A model generated the notes under the pieces. The model searched no databases. It was not told the DNA's origin and was given only the letters and a program-made list of their open reading frames with translations. Below, piece by piece: positions 53,430 through 64,000 of a stretch of 64,000 nt of DNA. The position numbers were made by a program, and so were the translations under genes. The stretch lies in NCBI GenBank assembly GCA_964106915.2, contig OZ066915.1. One strand, written 5' to 3'. The first letter of the stretch is position 1. Each line of letters starts with the position of its first letter. The DNA is from Podarcis gaigeae. Taxonomy: Eukaryota.

Positions 53430-53779
53430 TCTCCCAGATCCTGTGATCATCATCTGAGGCCCTTCATGTGCCTCCTCCACGAGAGGTCCACAGGGCAACA
53501 ACATGAGAGCAGGCCTTTTCTGTGATGGTTCCTTGCTTGTGGAAGTTTCTCCCCAGGGATGTTCATCTGACACCTTTGTTACATATCTTTAGGTGCTAGA
53601 CAAAAGCATTCTTCTTCTCCCAGGCCTTCGGCTAATTAAACCACGTATGGCCTTTTAGATGGGGGAGGATTGTTTTTGTTTGTTAATATGTAGTGCGCTG
53701 TATATTTTGTGTTTTTATATTGTAAACCGCCCTGTGACCCTCTGATGAAGGATGGTATGGAAATAATAATAATAATAAT
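53430..53779 (+). mobile_element. L2-clade LINE 3' fragment (second family)
   Basis: aggccttttctgtgatggttcc..gtggaa..tctccccagg motif and tail tgtaaaccgccctgtga...(aat)n; homologous to 63460-63772 on the opposite strand. Confidence 0.8.
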
Positions 53780-54954
53780 TTAGTGAAAGCTGTTGTAAAC
53801 CATAGTTCTGGTAGCTCACTGCACCAGTAACTGGCACAGAAGCCTGAAGATTACCGGATTCTGGTAATGGCTCTTGACATTTGTGGCATCCATGCCTCAG
53901 GTTGGCCCCTTGTCTTAACTCTGCTGTGGATCTGGATGCCCATCTACCTATGAGAGAGCAGTATAAGCAAAACAGAAGTGCAGTGCAAAAGCTATTTTGT
54001 AGAACATTGTTTTCCAGATCCTTGCCTTTCTTTTGTGGGTCTTATATTGATAAGAGATTGTAGTGCAGATGGTTTAAAGGGCAGAAAAGGAAACGTACTT
54101 TTATAGAATACATTTCTATTGTACTAAAAAAGAGTCTTTGGAATTTCCTCTCCGAAGGCTTGTAGATTCTCAAACAAATTAGATACCTGACCACAGAGAA
54201 TAGATTGCATCTCCGAGTGGGAACCATGTGGGCTTTATCCTATTGATCTCTTGCCAGGCCTCCAAGTCACCTGTACTGCAGTTTCATGAATGCTTTAGAA
54301 AACAGAGGAAATGTCTTCCAGCCATTCGTCCATTCTATACATTATATAGTAGTAGTCCTCCATGAGTGACCATGTTATATGGAGAAGATAAGCCCAATGT
54401 GGTATTATTTCCATCACATAAAATATGAACATGCCAAAATATGCAACAAAGAATTATGCCAAGTGGGTCATTATGACCCCCATTAACACATTCTTGTATT
54501 TCCTTGCACTCAGCAGCTCTACTGGCGCCCAAACTATCAGTAAGGGCAGTCCGTCCGTCCCCCCCATGCACACAGATGACTTTCATTTTTGAGCCTCCTT
54601 CTCGGTGAGCCCATGGGCATGTTCAGATCTTGGCTGGAAAATGAGGCAGCTGGAAGAACCACTCTGACCTTGGTGGGGCTTGCATTTGAGCTTGCCAGAG
54701 AATGCACGGGTTACTGCACCCCTAAACACACAAATAGATACAGTCCATTGCTCCTGGCACAGTAAAAGTGAAATGGCACTGAAGTGGCTGGTTGAGCAAT
54801 AAATGCAACCACCAAGGTTTTGGAAACAACACTGAATTGTTTCTAGAGCACGGACTAAAAATGCCGGGAGAAATGGTATATATTTTTCTCTTGCACTTTC
54901 CTAACTTTGTGTGTGGGACAGATTTCATGGCCTGCTTTTTGTTTATCTGCACAG

Positions 54955-55022
54955 TTTAGGTGTGGCTCTCTCTAGAGGACATGGCAAATATTTCTTCAGA
55001 GGAAACGTGACTATAGAAGAAG
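54955..55022 (+). CDS. CACNA2D3: CACNA2D3 exon (~21), (S)LGVALSRGHGKYFFRGNVTIEE(G)
   Basis: gcacag | 68 nt | gtagca; phase 2/1. Confidence 0.96.
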
Positions 55023-55649
55023 GTAGCATTTGCACAGCAAATCAGATTTCCTAGGCATTTGTTCAACTGTTGCATGATAATGGGGCTTAAGGCATGGAGG
55101 TCTCTCAAGCAGTTTTTCTGCTTTATTGCCCAGTGACCTGGTGCATGTTTTGGACGTGTGTGTGTGTGTGCATGCACACATATCTAATTGGATGAAAGAT
55201 ATATGTGAGAGATTTATGGGGACAGTGCCCACAACAAAAATTCATTGTAACATAGAAAGCGGCAACATGGCCGCATCATTTTATCCCTCACTTTGTGGGC
55301 ATCTTTGTGCTAGATTTGTGGTTTTAATTGGTTTGGCCTATTAGGTGGATCGGACCACAGAGCTATGCAGCCACCTTGCTTGCCCAGCAGGGCAACCCCC
55401 ACCCCATCTGTGCCAATTTGTGTTTTTCATGGTCAAAGCATCATCATCAGAATAGCAGATCCCCTACTTTTACTATTTGAATTATACCCGTATGCCTACT
55501 AACCACAGTTGTGGGACTCTTGAATGTTTTAGAGCCAAAACATACGAGAGAACCTGGGTCCTGCTGTTCAGACAATGATAGCTGAGGTTGAGATAGAGTT
55601 TTCATTCCCCTGTAGTTACTCTTGATAGATAGTTCCAGCCTAAACCACA

Positions 55650-55798
55650 CATTCTGCATGCAGAATTTCCTTGGTTCAGTCCCTGGCATCTCCAGTTAAG
55701 AAGATCTGGATGCAGGTAATGTGAAGGACCTCTTTCTGAAACTGCCTGCCAGAGTGGACAGCATAGGGTCTTCTAAAAGGCAGCTTCCTATGTTCCTG
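55650..55798 (+). mobile_element. tRNA-derived squamate SINE (Squam3-like), decayed
   Basis: tgcatgcaga...ggttcagtccctggcatctccag head and aggcagcttcctatgttcct tail. Confidence 0.7.
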
Positions 55799-56651
55799 TA
55801 TAAACAATCACCCAAGCCTACGTTGGTCATCTTCATTTTGTATTAAAAATTCTGTTTTGTCATCTCAGTCAGTAGAGTTTGAGACTCATAATCTCAGCGT
55901 CCTTTTCCATTCCTATCCTCAGCTACTTGCCTTTTTGACTATCTCTCATACCCACCTCCTATGCTTTTTTATGCCTGTGCGTCTTCATGAGTTTTGTTTT
56001 TTAAAAAATACTTTAAAAAAATACAGACAGCAATAACAAAAGAGCATATGTAACAGTACCACAAGATCACTAAAGGAATAGAGAAACACACTGGGCTATT
56101 TCCCAACACTGCAGCTTCACTGGTGCAACCGGCTTCTGTGCATGTGATGGAACTTCCTTTTCCTTTCTTGTCCCCTCCAGCTCCCTGCGCACTCATAAAA
56201 GTATATTTGGGTAGTGTACTAGGGGAGGAGAGGAAAAGGAAGTCCTGCCGCATGCATGGAATTCCACTCACTCAGCATTGGATACAACCCACTGATTACA
56301 ATCCTTAGGATATCATGCTTGTGGGACAACTAGGGTAAAAGCGCCTGTTGTCTTAACATACTTGAAGACAAGCTTGAAGTTTGTACACCTGTTTTCCAGC
56401 TGTCTAACCTATGTGGTCCTGTATATATAATGATATTCAGTTCCCAAGGTTTAATCAAATGCATTCCCTTGGTTCTTGTATATTTCAGTACTGATTGAAA
56501 TACACTTAATTTAGATTAGTTATGGTATATAACCTAGCAGTCCACTCCCTACCCCAAAGAAGGAAGAATGACTGTCTTGAACTGTATACAGACACTGAAC
56601 TGATTCTGATAGCTTTCAGAAAATGACCCTTGTCACATTTCCCGATTTCAG

Positions 56652-56697
56652 GATTGAATGATTTAGAACAGCCTGATGTATCTTTGGCAGACGAATG
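56652..56697 (+). CDS. CACNA2D3: CACNA2D3 exon (~22), (G)LNDLEQPDVSLADE(W)
   Basis: tttcag | 46 nt | gtaagt; phase 1/2. Confidence 0.96.
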
Positions 56698-56842
56698 GTA
56701 AGTCTTCAATAAAGCATGCTGTTGATTTGTGTTGCCCTTTTTGTTCATGCATGGTGTGCCTGACGACTCCTGCAGAATGACAATGGGAGATCATGCTTAC
56801 AAATATTTGTTGAAATTATTTTTAACCATGCTATGTTCTCAG

Positions 56843-56940
56843 GTCATATTGCAACACAGACTTGCATCCTGAGCACCGCCAAATGACTCAGCTGAAGGCT
56901 ATTCAAAACTACCTCATGGGGAAAGAGCCATTGCTTCCTT
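56843..56940 (+). CDS. CACNA2D3: CACNA2D3 exon (~23), (W)SYCNTDLHPEHRQMTQLKAIQNYLMGKEPLLP(C)
   Basis: tctcag | 98 nt | gtgagt; phase 2/1; partly in track ORF 56862..57056. Confidence 0.96.
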
Positions 56941-57079
56941 GTGAGTTGTTGATTAATTTTGATAAGTATTCCTCCAAACTGTATTTGCCTTTTACAGCTT
57001 CATTTTTAATGCAATACACAGGAAATGGGCAGCGTACATCATTGGTGGGGGCCTGAGCTTGCTTGAACCATCAAATCAG

Positions 57080-57225
57080 TAGCTGGTCTAGGCAAGCTTT
57101 TTTCCTCTCAGCCTCAGTTCCTCCATCTGTGTTATTGGGGTTATAATACTGACCTACCACTGAATGGATTATAACACAATAAAGATTCGGAAGCTCTTTG
57201 AACACTACATAAACACTAAGTATCC
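57080..57225 (+). mobile_element. CORE-SINE/MIR-like remnant
   Basis: ggcaag...ctctcagcctcagttcctccatctgt...ataatactgacctacc CORE-like motif. Confidence 0.6.
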
Positions 57226-57923
57226 TTACTTAAGAAAGTTCCATTTGTACTGGATATTATACAACAAACTGCTGGGTGAAACCTTTGCTTGCGTCACTAG
57301 AAATACATTTTGCATGTATTACTGAGAAAAGCAAGATGGATTTTGACGTTCAGACTGTTTGATGATCATACCTGTATGTGCTTTGGTAACAAAAACTTAA
57401 CTGAGCTGTGGTTGGGATGTGAGACAGTACTGTCTGCAGCACAACCTTACACATGAAACTGGAAATTTTCCATTGCTGGCCACAGAAAGCAAATCTTCCA
57501 TGTGTTCATTTAATTGTGTCTTCTATAGTTGGTACTGGGACAGAATATGGGTGGTGGTGGATCACAACCAGTATTGTGGAATGATGCTACCAAGCATGAT
57601 AGTACCTGGATGAAATATAGTATGGACATATGGAACTCGTATAAGGATTAGTGCAAGGAATCCAGGAAATTTAGATTTTCATGTTCAAGAGAAAGATGCT
57701 AGCCATGGTATGTGAGATTTCCCTCCTGCCCGTCTCATCTCAAATAGGTGAGATTTCCACCACATACGTACCTACAATTTCTTCTGGGGCCAGAGTCCTC
57801 AGTGAAGTATACAGTCTCTAACAACAGACATGTAGCATTCCTGCCAATATCTACTGACTCCAAGTTTACTGTTGTAAGAAGGCTGCACACATGCTCCTTA
57901 TTAATGCTTTTAAAACTTTATAG

Positions 57924-58017
57924 GTGATAAAGAATTAATACAGGAAGTACTGTTTGATGCAGTGGTCAGCGCACCAATAGAAGCTTATTGGACCAGCCTT
58001 GCACTGAACAAATCAGA
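57924..58017 (+). CDS. CACNA2D3: CACNA2D3 exon (~24), (C)[30 protein letters not shown](E)
   Basis: ttatag | 94 nt | gtaagt; phase 1/2. Confidence 0.97.
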
Positions 58018-59561
58018 GTAAGTGAACAAAGAATTGCTTATGCTTCTTTTAATAATGCCTTCACTCGGTTACATACATTTATTTTTCACCAATTCATTGT
58101 TTTAAATATATGATGCACAGAAATAATTCACCTGTCCTTATAGACTCTTCCATTTGTATCAGTGGAAAGATTCAATTCATGTCTACATTCTAGATACCTC
58201 TACATGTCTTCATACCTCTACATGCCTACATAAATCTTCTGTACTAGAGTAATAGGTGTTATATATTATTAAAATACTACTTCCAGAATAATGACCTAAA
58301 TCATAGATTTCCAATGTGGTGTGAACCAGCTATTGTTGAACTCCAGGAGCCATCAACCCAAAGCCAATGGCCATACTGGCTACCCCTGATCTAGACTGTC
58401 CTCCTGGTACAGGCTTTGCTGTCCTGGCATCCTGAGCGTGCCACTACTCTCTCTTCTCAGGTGCTGCTACCAACCGTTGGCATTTTCTAAAACTGGGGCT
58501 GTGATGTGACTTCGCTTGGAGCCCTGCAATGTAGAGTTGCTAAGCTAGTTCTCTTTTCCTTTAAACCCATTACTAAAACAAAAGATTGGGCAGCTGTGTA
58601 GCTATCCTCAGTCCTGTCATTCCCCTGCAATCATCCACTACCCGCTGTAATGAGCAAGTGAGCTGTACATCAGCTGAGGAGGGAGGCTGACGACAGAGCC
58701 TGCAGCATAATGGATGGGAGAAATGAGGACTCTCTCGTCTTCCAAGTCAGCAGCCCATTAAAGGGCCATGGGGGGAATCTCTAGGCAGCCACCTGACAAC
58801 CCTCATGGCGTCATTTGTTCTGGAGCGGCAAAATGAAATTGCATGGGCAGCATTTAATTTAATAATAATTTTAAAAAACCAAGATTGACATGCAGTGCCC
58901 CTGCTGACTTGCTCTCAGAGTGTTTTGCGTAAAATCACTGCATTAAAGCCACATTTGAGGCCATTAAAAACCAATTTTGAAAGGGGAAACTAGGAAGGGA
59001 ATATAGAAGATTCACTTAAGGGACCAATTGGGCATTGTCTAAAAGCACATGAAGAATAGTGGAGTGTCATTTTTCTTTTTTCTTTTTGAAGGGTAAGCAT
59101 AACAATGAAAAACAATATCCTGGCATGACTTTGCTAGTCCTTACTCCTAAGAATGCACAGGGTTGCAGCCTTGTCCATAGAGCATCAGATTAGAGCTGGG
59201 GAAATTTCTGTGATTCCCCCCCCCATTACCCACTACAAAAAGTTCACCTCACATAATTTCCCAAGAATATTCTCCACCATTAAATTAAATTAAATTAATT
59301 TTTTCTCTGCCACTAGAGCTCAGAACAATTCTGGGTCCAGGATGCAAAATGGTGGCCACAATGTCAACATAGTTGCTTCAGCCATCATGTCCAGTGCCAT
59401 ATATATATTAGAAATTTAGGTGAAAACAGAAGAGGCTGTGCTACAGCCACTGGTAATGGTGAACCCCACAACCACGCCCTGAAAACACCTGCTAGGTAAT
59501 TTCTTATTCCCCACCTTGAAAAATTGAGAGAAATTGTGCTCCCACCCATCAAAAAGTAGGG

Positions 59562-59709
59562 TTTGTTGTTGTTGTTGTTGTTGTTATTTTGTACCCCACC
59601 CATCTGACTTGGTTGCTCCAGCCACTCTGGGCAGGTTCCGGCATATATAAAAACATAGTAAAACATTCAACTTTAAAAAGCTTCCCTATACAAATCTACC
59701 TTCAGATGT
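59562..59709 (-). mobile_element. L2-clade LINE 3' end
   Basis: Reverse complement of the 3' UTR seen at 37825-37981; (TTG)n tail. Confidence 0.8.
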
Positions 59710-59997
59710 ATAGCATAATTCGGATAATTTCAAGCGGCCATTTGCACACAACTATAGGTTAGGGAGATTGTGCATCTGTGTTGACTGCTTAACAGTTTAT
59801 CCTTTCAGTCCAACTCCCACTGATTAATTGGGGAAATATTTTAATTTCAGTTAAAGCTTAAGTTGATTATTGTATTTATTAAAACTGATTAAAATTGCAG
59901 TCCTGGTTTGTCCTTGCACTTCTTGTGACCTCAGAATATCTGCATACCATTTACTGTCTGGAAATGTAATTCTTCCTTGTGTGTTGCTCTCCTTCAG

Positions 59998-60093
59998 AAA
60001 TTCAGACAAGGGAGTAGAAGTTGCCTTCCTTGGAACTCGGACGGGTCTTTCTCGTGTCAATTTGTTTGTGGGACCGGAACAGCTAACTAATCA
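59998..60093 (+). CDS. CACNA2D3: CACNA2D3 exon (~25), (E)NSDKGVEVAFLGTRTGLSRVNLFVGPEQLTN(Q)
   Basis: cttcag | 96 nt | gtaagt; phase 2/2; C-terminal part of track ORF 59870..60097. Confidence 0.97.
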
Positions 60094-61620
60094 GTAAGTA
60101 GTATATGGCAATGTAAGAAAGCAGTACCGGAAGTAAAGAACCATGCACATAATTTTATACAGTCCCTTCTTTCCCTTTCCCACTAGTTCTCTGCATTCTA
60201 GTTCAGATTCCATGTGTCAAAGCAAAGGACACTAACACTCTGCTGGGCAAAGTGTGAGCTTCAGCTGTTGATTTAGGAAGCCCTGAACAACTTGGAGCCT
60301 GGCTATATGAGGAGATACCTTCACCTCTTTAGACCAGACTAGCCAGTATGATTTCAGAATGAGGTCCTCTTGGTTGCACTACAGTCTGCAGAAATGCATC
60401 AGGTAGCAACCAGGGAAGGCCTTCTCTGGTCCAATGCCCAATTTCTGGAGCCATGTCTCCCTGGAAATAAGGTGGGTGTCAACCTCGTTGAGTTTTTGGC
60501 AAATCTTGAATGTGCACTTGCTCACCTCAGCTGGGTTTCTTTGGGCAGGGGCATGGAGGTAAAAGGCCCAGCCTTGAGAAATGTACCAGTTACTGAATTT
60601 ATGATTTCATTTTCATTTATTGCAATGTGTTTTGTCTATTGCATAGTCTTTTAGCCTCCTTGGGATTTCATTTGGAAGATGGTGTATAAATATTTAAAAA
60701 GAAAATAAATTTGGAAAGCTTGTACATAACAGATTGTTCATTCAGTTTTCAAACGATTTCATCCTGCCTCATCACACAAAGAATGCAGATCTGATTTTAG
60801 CAGGTTTAATACAGCTCATATACCGCTAAAAGGCAATGGATATCTATCCCCTTGATTCCCCACACACACACTATGAATCTCCCAAGAAAAATGGTTCCGC
60901 ATTTGCACCCAATTCATCATGCATTGCTAGCTACAAAATAACATTTTAAGTGAGAATGCCCAGAATCTCAAGACTTACTTTAAAGCGTACCTAAGAAGAA
61001 GAAACCTCACCACCCCCATTACACATTGAAGTCTCATGTTTTTGAAAGCAACTCTATTTCCTTTTTGCTTGGAGGACTGCTTTTTGAAAAACACAAGCCC
61101 AAAGCCCTTCTGCGCACATCCATTTCTTTGGACAAAATGTTTCGTAAAATAAAATCATGCGCCCCCCCCCAAAAGCCCTAAAAAGCAATGGCTCATCATT
61201 GTTTCATGCACTCCTTTTTTTTGTTTTTCTCAACACGCATGCTACTTTACTATTATTATTTGTTACTGTATTTATTTGTCGCTTCTTACACCAAAGGGTC
61301 TCAAAGCAACAATCAAAACTGAAATAACAAAAATACAAATACTGAAACCAAATATTGAAACATCAATAAAGTAAGGCCTAATGTGCTTCTCTGTTACGCT
61401 TCCTGTTCATTGCTTAGTTACTGGGACTACCTACAAGCTGAGGAGGAGACAGGTTTTCCAGCTCCTGTGTCTTAGCAGCAGCCATGCTTATTCATTGCAG
61501 CAGGTTTATTTTAGGTGCATTCTACCTGGGAAGGCATTGTAAGTGCAGTTGTAACCAGGCACATGTGGGGCTGCCACCCTGACACCAGTGACTCTGGTAT
61601 TGAGAGGGTAGCTTACATTA

Positions 61621-61974
61621 CAGTGGTGCCTCGCAAGACAAAAAGAATCCGTCTCTTCGTCTTGCGGTTTTTCGTCTTGCGAAGCAAGCCCATTAGCGGC
61701 TTAGCGGGCTTAGCGGATCAGCTTATAATCGGCTTAGCAGCTTAGTGGATCAGCTGTTAAGCGGTTTAGCGGATCAACTGTTAAGTAGCTTAGCGGCTTA
61801 GGAAAAAGGGGGGGAAGGGAAAGGAAAAAAACCCTGCAGGAACTCGCAAGACATTTTCGTCTTGCGAAGCAAGCCCATAGGAAATTCGTTTTGCGAAACA
61901 CCTCCAAAACGGAAAACCCTTTCGTTTAGCGGGTTTTCCGTCTTGCGAGGCATTCGTCTTGCGGGGCACCACTG
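61621..61974. mobile_element. Young Tc1/mariner MITE
   Basis: TA|cagtggtgcctcgcaagac...gtcttgcggggcaccactg|TA; internal ttagcgg sub-repeats; CpGs retained. Confidence 0.93.
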
Positions 61975-62102
61975 TATTCTAGAGTTACTTTCAGGAGAAC
62001 TAAAGAAAGAAGGAAGGAAAGAAAGATAACTTTTGTTTTTTAAGGAGCTTAAGATGTAAAAATCAAAACAAGCAAACATATTATGTTTTCTTCTGTTTCA
62101 AG

Positions 62103-62224
62103 AGACTTCTTGACAGCTGGAGACAAGGAGAATATTTTCAATGCTGATCATTTCCCGCTTTGGTACAGAAGAGCTGCAGAACAGATACCAGGAAGCTTTG
62201 TCTACTCAATCCCTTTCAGCACAG
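62103..62224 (+). CDS. CACNA2D3: CACNA2D3 exon (~26), (Q)DFLTAGDKENIFNADHFPLWYRRAAEQIPGSFVYSIPFST
   Basis: ttcaag | 122 nt | gtttgt; phase 2/1; contains the alpha2delta WYRRA motif. Confidence 0.96.
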
Positions 62225-62810
62225 GTTTGTCATTTAATTGTGCTTCGATTCATAGCTAATTCATACACTCAAAACCACTTGGAGAAACATGTGAAATGTG
62301 TGGTATAAAATCTTAAAGTAAATAAAAAGAAGGAAGGAATTGCACCTATCAATCCAGATTGGTACCCAATATTTCTGCTTACTTAAAACTACAGGCAGTT
62401 AAGATTTGCATGATTTAATTTAATATTATGCTGTAATTTCACAGTTTCTCATTGCACTGTGCACACAAAGAACTAGCATGAACACACAAATGTACTGGCT
62501 TCCAGGGAGGCAGCCACAGTCCTTTGAGCCCCTCCCCAGTCCTTTGAGCTCAGCACGACCTACCAACTAAACAAATGTGTGGTTGAGCATGTCATTTGAA
62601 TGTGGGGTCATGGTTAATCTCTCCCCTCCTTAACCAAGGTTTGTTCTTGGTTACAGATTATGGTTTAGCAGGATAGAGCTTGACTGCAATCTCCAGTTCA
62701 GATGACATGCAAAGCTTATTTTAATCTGCTACTGTGAAAACATACCACCAGTTGTTTAAAAATACATAGTTAGAATCTTAATTTGAATAACTGCTTCTTT
62801 TTTATTGTAG

Positions 62811-62891
62811 AAACAGCAAACAAAAGCAATGTGGTAACAGCAAGTACTGCCATTCAGCTTCTAGATGACAGAAAATCTCCAGTGGTAGCAG
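62811..62891 (+). CDS. CACNA2D3: CACNA2D3 exon (~27), (E)TANKSNVVTASTAIQLLDDRKSPVVA
   Basis: ttgtag | 81 nt | gtaaaa; phase 1/1; the gene continues beyond the window. Confidence 0.96.
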
Positions 62892-63459
62892 GTAAAAATC
62901 ATTGCTCCTTTTCTATATCAATATTGTAAACAGGCTTTGCTTTCTTATGCTACTTAGACTTCCTATAAAAATTCTCACTTAAAGACTGTTTTGGAAGTAA
63001 GTTCAATGAAGTGCAACTTAATGACCTAATGTCTGGACCATCACAGGCCTCCTCACCTTAAAATGCTTGATTCTGAATGCCCTGAAGACACGAAAATCCT
63101 TCATTATAAGTTGGAAGGGGTTTAATTTGCATTAACAAGGCAGTATTTACCGAAATTTCAGTATGGCAAATCTGAAATCACAAACCTTTCTTATTATAAA
63201 TTATAGTTAACATAGGTGGACCCTTATTAGTCATACTTGTGTATGAAGTTAGCTGCAAATGTATATATTGAGAATAACAATATATACAACTGGCTTAACA
63301 GGAACATCAATGGACAACAGTACTTCTGAAGCAGCACTGGAGTTCACTAGTGTTTTCTACAAGCTATTTCATACCCAATGTGCTAACTTCCTGATGCCGT
63401 TGCCATGAGCCCCAGCCAGCATGGCCAAGTCAGAGTTGATGGGAGCTTATTTCTAATGT

Positions 63460-63772
63460 TTGTTTTATTCCCTTAATTTATCGAAAAGGGTGTTTTACAG
63501 TTTCGAAAAACAAAAACACATAATAAGAAACAAAACAATGCCTCCCCCCAACACACAGTTTATAAGGCCATAGATGGTTTAGTTAGCCAAAGGCCTGGGA
63601 GAAGAGAAATGTTTTTGCCTGGTGCCTAAAGATATGTCATGAAGTCACCAGATGAGCATCTCTGGGGAGAACACTGCACAGCGGAGAGCTACTGCGGAAA
63701 AGATCCATTCTCATGTTGCCATCCTCTTACCTCCCATGGAGGGGGCACACAAAGAAGGGCCTCAGATGACGA
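63460..63772 (-). mobile_element. L2-clade LINE 3' fragment (second family)
   Basis: Reverse-complement similarity to 53430-53779 (aaggcctgggagaaga...aagggcctcagatga). Confidence 0.75.
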
Positions 63773-63775
63773 TAG

Positions 63776-63980
63776 TAGTCTCACCCACCCTGTGAAACAC
63801 CTTCCCATCAGATGTCAAGGAAATAAACCACTATCGGACTTTTAGAAGACGTCTGAAGGCAGCCCTGTACAAGGAAGTTTTTAATGTTTGATGCCTTACT
63901 GTGTTGTAATTTGTTGAAAGCCGCCCAGAGTGATTGGGACAACCCAGCCAGATGGGTGGCATATAAATATATTATTAGTA
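63776..63980 (+). mobile_element. L2-clade LINE 3' end (same family as 37070-37981)
   Basis: tcagatgtcaagga...ttttagaagacgtctgaaggcagcc...cccagccagatgggtgg. Confidence 0.85.
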
Positions 63981-64000
63981 TAACTACTACTATTACTCAA

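Noticed and set aside
1-64000. Nested antisense gene (e.g. LRTM1 or an opsin) within these introns
   Set aside because: No leucine-rich-repeat or 7TM motifs seen by eye on the minus strand. A tBLASTn/BLASTX search is needed to exclude small or decayed exons.

Overview
Vertebrate genomic DNA, most likely a squamate and probably a lacertid lizard (inferred from a Sauria/Squam1-type tRNA-derived SINE, L2 LINE tails and hAT/Tc1-mariner MITEs). The whole window lies inside one plus-strand gene, CACNA2D3 (voltage-gated calcium channel auxiliary subunit alpha2delta-3). I located 14 consecutive coding exons by hand, from an 18-nt LPQAQK microexon at 10561-10578 to an 81-nt exon at 62811-62891. All have AG/GT boundaries and compatible phases, and they splice into one open frame of 1069 nt (356 codons + 1 nt). 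They correspond, from memory of the human gene, to about exons 14-27. The ORF track misses most of this, and nearly all listed ORFs are spurious. The rest is intron containing young and old transposable elements, microsatellites and several blocks that look like conserved non-coding elements. I find no evidence of a new multi-gene system. The best leads are: (1) the microexon; (2) a ~450-bp direct duplicate bracketing it, with a near-identical ~100-bp core; (3) donor-embedded stop codons followed closely by AATAAA in two introns, which could give anchorless alpha2delta-3 isoforms; (4) a tail-less, 3'-truncated SINE with a perfect 19-bp TSD; (5) a 72-bp triplication inside an L2 copy; (6) young hAT MITEs with perfect TSDs.
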